From: Fibrobacteria bacterium
GTDB taxonomy: Bacteria; Fibrobacterota; Fibrobacteria; UBA11236
DNA: 29,844 bases
Assembly (NCBI GenBank): GCA_043732185.1
Contig: JAYTHY010000081.1
Location: forward strand, 1-29,844
Direction of reading: 5' to 3'
Shown in pieces: positions 29,536 to 29,844 of the stretch. How positions within the stretch are numbered: the stretch's first letter is position 1; every line of letters starts with the position of its first letter. The notes under the pieces were generated by a model, which saw nothing but the letters and a program-made list of their open reading frames with translations, was not told where the DNA came from and did not search any database. Made by a program: the position numbers and the translations under genes.

Positions 29536-29844
29536 CTATAGGCTGAAATTAAGACCCAATCCATATCCCTGATTGGAGACGAGGAAGGTCAAACACAGAA
29601 CTTGGACTTTGAAGGAGTAATAAAGACCAATATTTGAGGTGGTCTGTGATCCGGATTCCGTTTTGTTTACCTGGACCTGTTCCCACAGTGAAGCCATTTC
29701 AAACCCGGGACGGATGATGCCGCCTCCAAAGAGAAAAAGATGCCCACCATAGACACCGACAAAACTTGCAACCTTCTTTGAGTTCAAGGTACCCGAATCC
29801 CCTACACCCCAGGCAGGCATGGCCACCATCCCCCATTCGGAAAA
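29536..29844 (-). CDS. Hypothetical protein, probable outer-membrane beta-barrel C-terminus; 5'-partial
   Basis: Frame is open to the window edge (FSEWGMVAMP...); alternating strands ending GYGLGLNFSL. Confidence 0.5.
   Translation of the reverse strand, partial: FSEWGMVAMPAWGVGDSGTLNSKKVASFVGVYGGHLFLFGGGIIRPGFEMASLWEQVQVNKTESGSQTTSNIGLYYSFKVQVLCLTFLVSNQGYGLGLNFSL

Larger units (their letters stand above)
25436..29844. mobile_element. One end of an integrative element (ICE, genomic island or prophage) inserted at tRNA-Gly; extends beyond the window
   Basis: int and xis lie immediately 3' of a tRNA, followed only by unrecognised co-oriented genes. The second att copy is not visible in the window. 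Confidence 0.8.

Noticed and set aside
26894..29844. Filamentous prophage interpretation of the element
   Set aside because: The Cys/Pro-rich protein lacks the C-terminal anchor of pIII, and no small coat genes or Zot-like ATPase are visible. It cannot be fully excluded beyond the window.

Overview
Gene-dense chromosomal segment of a diderm, LPS-producing bacterium. The family mix (lptFG, bamD, cpoB, trmFO, bacilliredoxin, GTGKD-type MiaA) suggests the FCB group, possibly Fibrobacterota, but this is inference only. Bases 1-25435 are mostly core genes: two tandem paralogous surface lipoproteins, an atypical 148-nt SRP RNA, tadA, a GAF-GAF-GGDEF cyclase translationally coupled to lptF-lptG, cpoB-bamD-nadD, purC-purH, smg-trmFO, brx, a RidA-family gene, tatD, two unknown lipoproteins, an ATP-grasp/miaA/Nudix operon, cysM, ligA and tRNA-Gly(GCC). 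From the tRNA to the window end lies one end of an integrative element. It carries an intact tyrosine integrase, tandem 11-bp candidate arm sites, and an excisionase that closes an operon of three unrecognised exported proteins. The best leads are (i) this element and its possibly novel transfer/envelope module, (ii) the SRP RNA with an extra GAAA-capped helix and a shortened apical stem, (iii) the ATP-grasp-MiaA-Nudix operon, (iv) the lptFG-diguanylate cyclase coupling, and (v) recurrent leaderless-type promoters. All calls are by eye; no database searches were run.
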